This document shows positions 63,073 through 64,000 of a DNA stretch of 64,000 bases, piece by piece. The DNA is taken from the IMG/VR virus record IMGVR_UViG_3300031665_000002, positions 981 to 64,980 of that record. One strand, 5' to 3'. This DNA is from a virus. Its lineage: Duplodnaviria; Caudoviricetes. The translations under genes and the position numbers were made by a program. Each line of letters starts with the position of its first letter. Within the stretch, counting starts at the first letter, position 1. The notes below the pieces were generated by a model, which was given only the letters and a program-made list of their open reading frames with translations, did no database searches and had not been told where the DNA came from.

Positions 63073-64000
63073 CAGGCAACCCCTAAAATTTTGCGGAACG
63101 TCTGCGGATTCCGTTGAATCATATTGATGATAACGCGCTCGCCCGCAGCCGTAGCCATGGCGTCAAGAGAGGCGCGGGGATCTGTTGAGTTAACCACCCG
63201 AACATTAACTTGTGGTGGGGCGACGTGCACCGGGCGATTGTCGGATTCTGCGCGCTGTTGCGCTGGCGTGCGAACGGATAGGCGTTCGCCCGGCGTAGCC
63301 ATGAAGCCAACAAGCTGCGAATCCGTGCCCCCGGAACCACCCACGATAGCATCGCCGCCAGTAGCAAAGCCAAACAGCCCCCCAAGCAACCCGCCACCGC
63401 CACCGCCGCCGCCGCCGATGCCACCGCCAAGACCGCCAAGCAACCCGTGTGCAAGCTGCCCCCAAAGGGCGTTAAGAGACAAGCGCAAGAGGTCTTCAAG
63501 GATGCTGTCAATCAGCTTCTTAAAGTCAAACTTGCCGGTTTTGGCGAACTCCACAATGGCGTCAGTTGCCTTCTGGAAGGCCCCGGATACGAACTTTCCT
63601 ACATGCTCGCCAAGGCGAGTAAACCCGCCTGCAACTTCGTTCAACCCGCGCATGATGCCACCAAAGAAGGTTTGGTCTTGGCTCAACATCGTTTCGCGCA
63701 AACGCTGAAGATAGTCGTTGTACTGCGACAAGCTGATTTTTCCGGATTCATAGAGGGAATTAAGCGCCTGTATGTTCGCCTTCGCCTCAATCGCTGGCCC
63801 GTTTATTTGTTCGAGTAACTTTTTCTGCCGGTCAAGTTGCGTGGTAAGCTTCTTTGTCTTGCCCGCCGCGCCATCCTGCTCCATGCCGAGCCTATTTGTC
63901 TCGCTGCCAAGCCCCTTGCTGGCCTCGGCAAGCGCATCGAGTATGGCTTTCTGTTGAGCGGCGGCCTTGGTCTCAGCCGCAATACGCTTTTGCGCGCGCG
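63072..64000 (-). CDS. Tail tape measure protein, C-terminal part (runs off window end)
   Basis: ORF open to the window edge; DAIVEFAKTGKFDFK.L..SILEDL and FATGG..IVGGSGGTDSQLV.F.ATPGERLSV motifs. Confidence 0.88.
   Translation of the reverse strand, partial: RAQKRIAAETKAAAQQKAILDALAEASKGLGSETNRLGMEQDGAAGKTKKLTTQLDRQKKLLEQINGPAIEAKANIQALNSLYESGKISLSQYNDYLQRLRETMLSQDQTFFGGIMRGLNEVAGGFTRLGEHVGKFVSGAFQKATDAIVEFAKTGKFDFKKLIDSILEDLLRLSLNALWGQLAHGLLGGLGGGIGGGGGGGGGLLGGLFGFATGGDAIVGGSGGTDSQLVGFMATPGERLSVRTPAQQRAESDNRPVHVAPPQVNVRVVNSTDPRASLDAMATAAGERVIINMIQRNPQTFRKILGVA

Overview
The window holds almost the entire genome of a long-tailed (siphovirus-type) dsDNA phage, probably infecting Alphaproteobacteria. 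The host inference rests on a GcrA-like protein, GANTC-containing iterons, and an alphaproteobacterial-type tyrosine recombinase, Cro-like protein and outer-membrane protein. The tape-measure gene is split across both window ends (N-terminus at 1-1083, C-terminus at 63072-64000), so the genome appears circularly permuted and somewhat larger than 64 kb. Layout: (i) a minus-strand late operon of terminase, portal, head, tail, tail tip and lysis genes that wraps around the ends; (ii) a plus-strand early region (20.1-24.9 kb) driven by a near-consensus sigma70 promoter, with a roughly 330-nt structured leader and small ORFs separated by 7 copies of a roughly 60-nt structured repeat; (iii) a minus-strand replication/modification operon (24.9-43.8 kb) with initiator and iterons, DnaB, beta-clamp, two methyltransferases, an AAA helicase and a catalytically degenerate tyrosine recombinase; (iv) a plus-strand recombination/host-takeover operon (43.9-50.3 kb) with YqaJ exonuclease, ERF, a NinB-like protein, a beta-barrel OMP and a GcrA-like protein. 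I found no intact integrase, partition system, DNA polymerase, tRNA or CRISPR array. The best candidate for an undescribed system is the repeat-punctuated cassette array. All family assignments come from motif recognition by eye; no database searches or folding programs were run.
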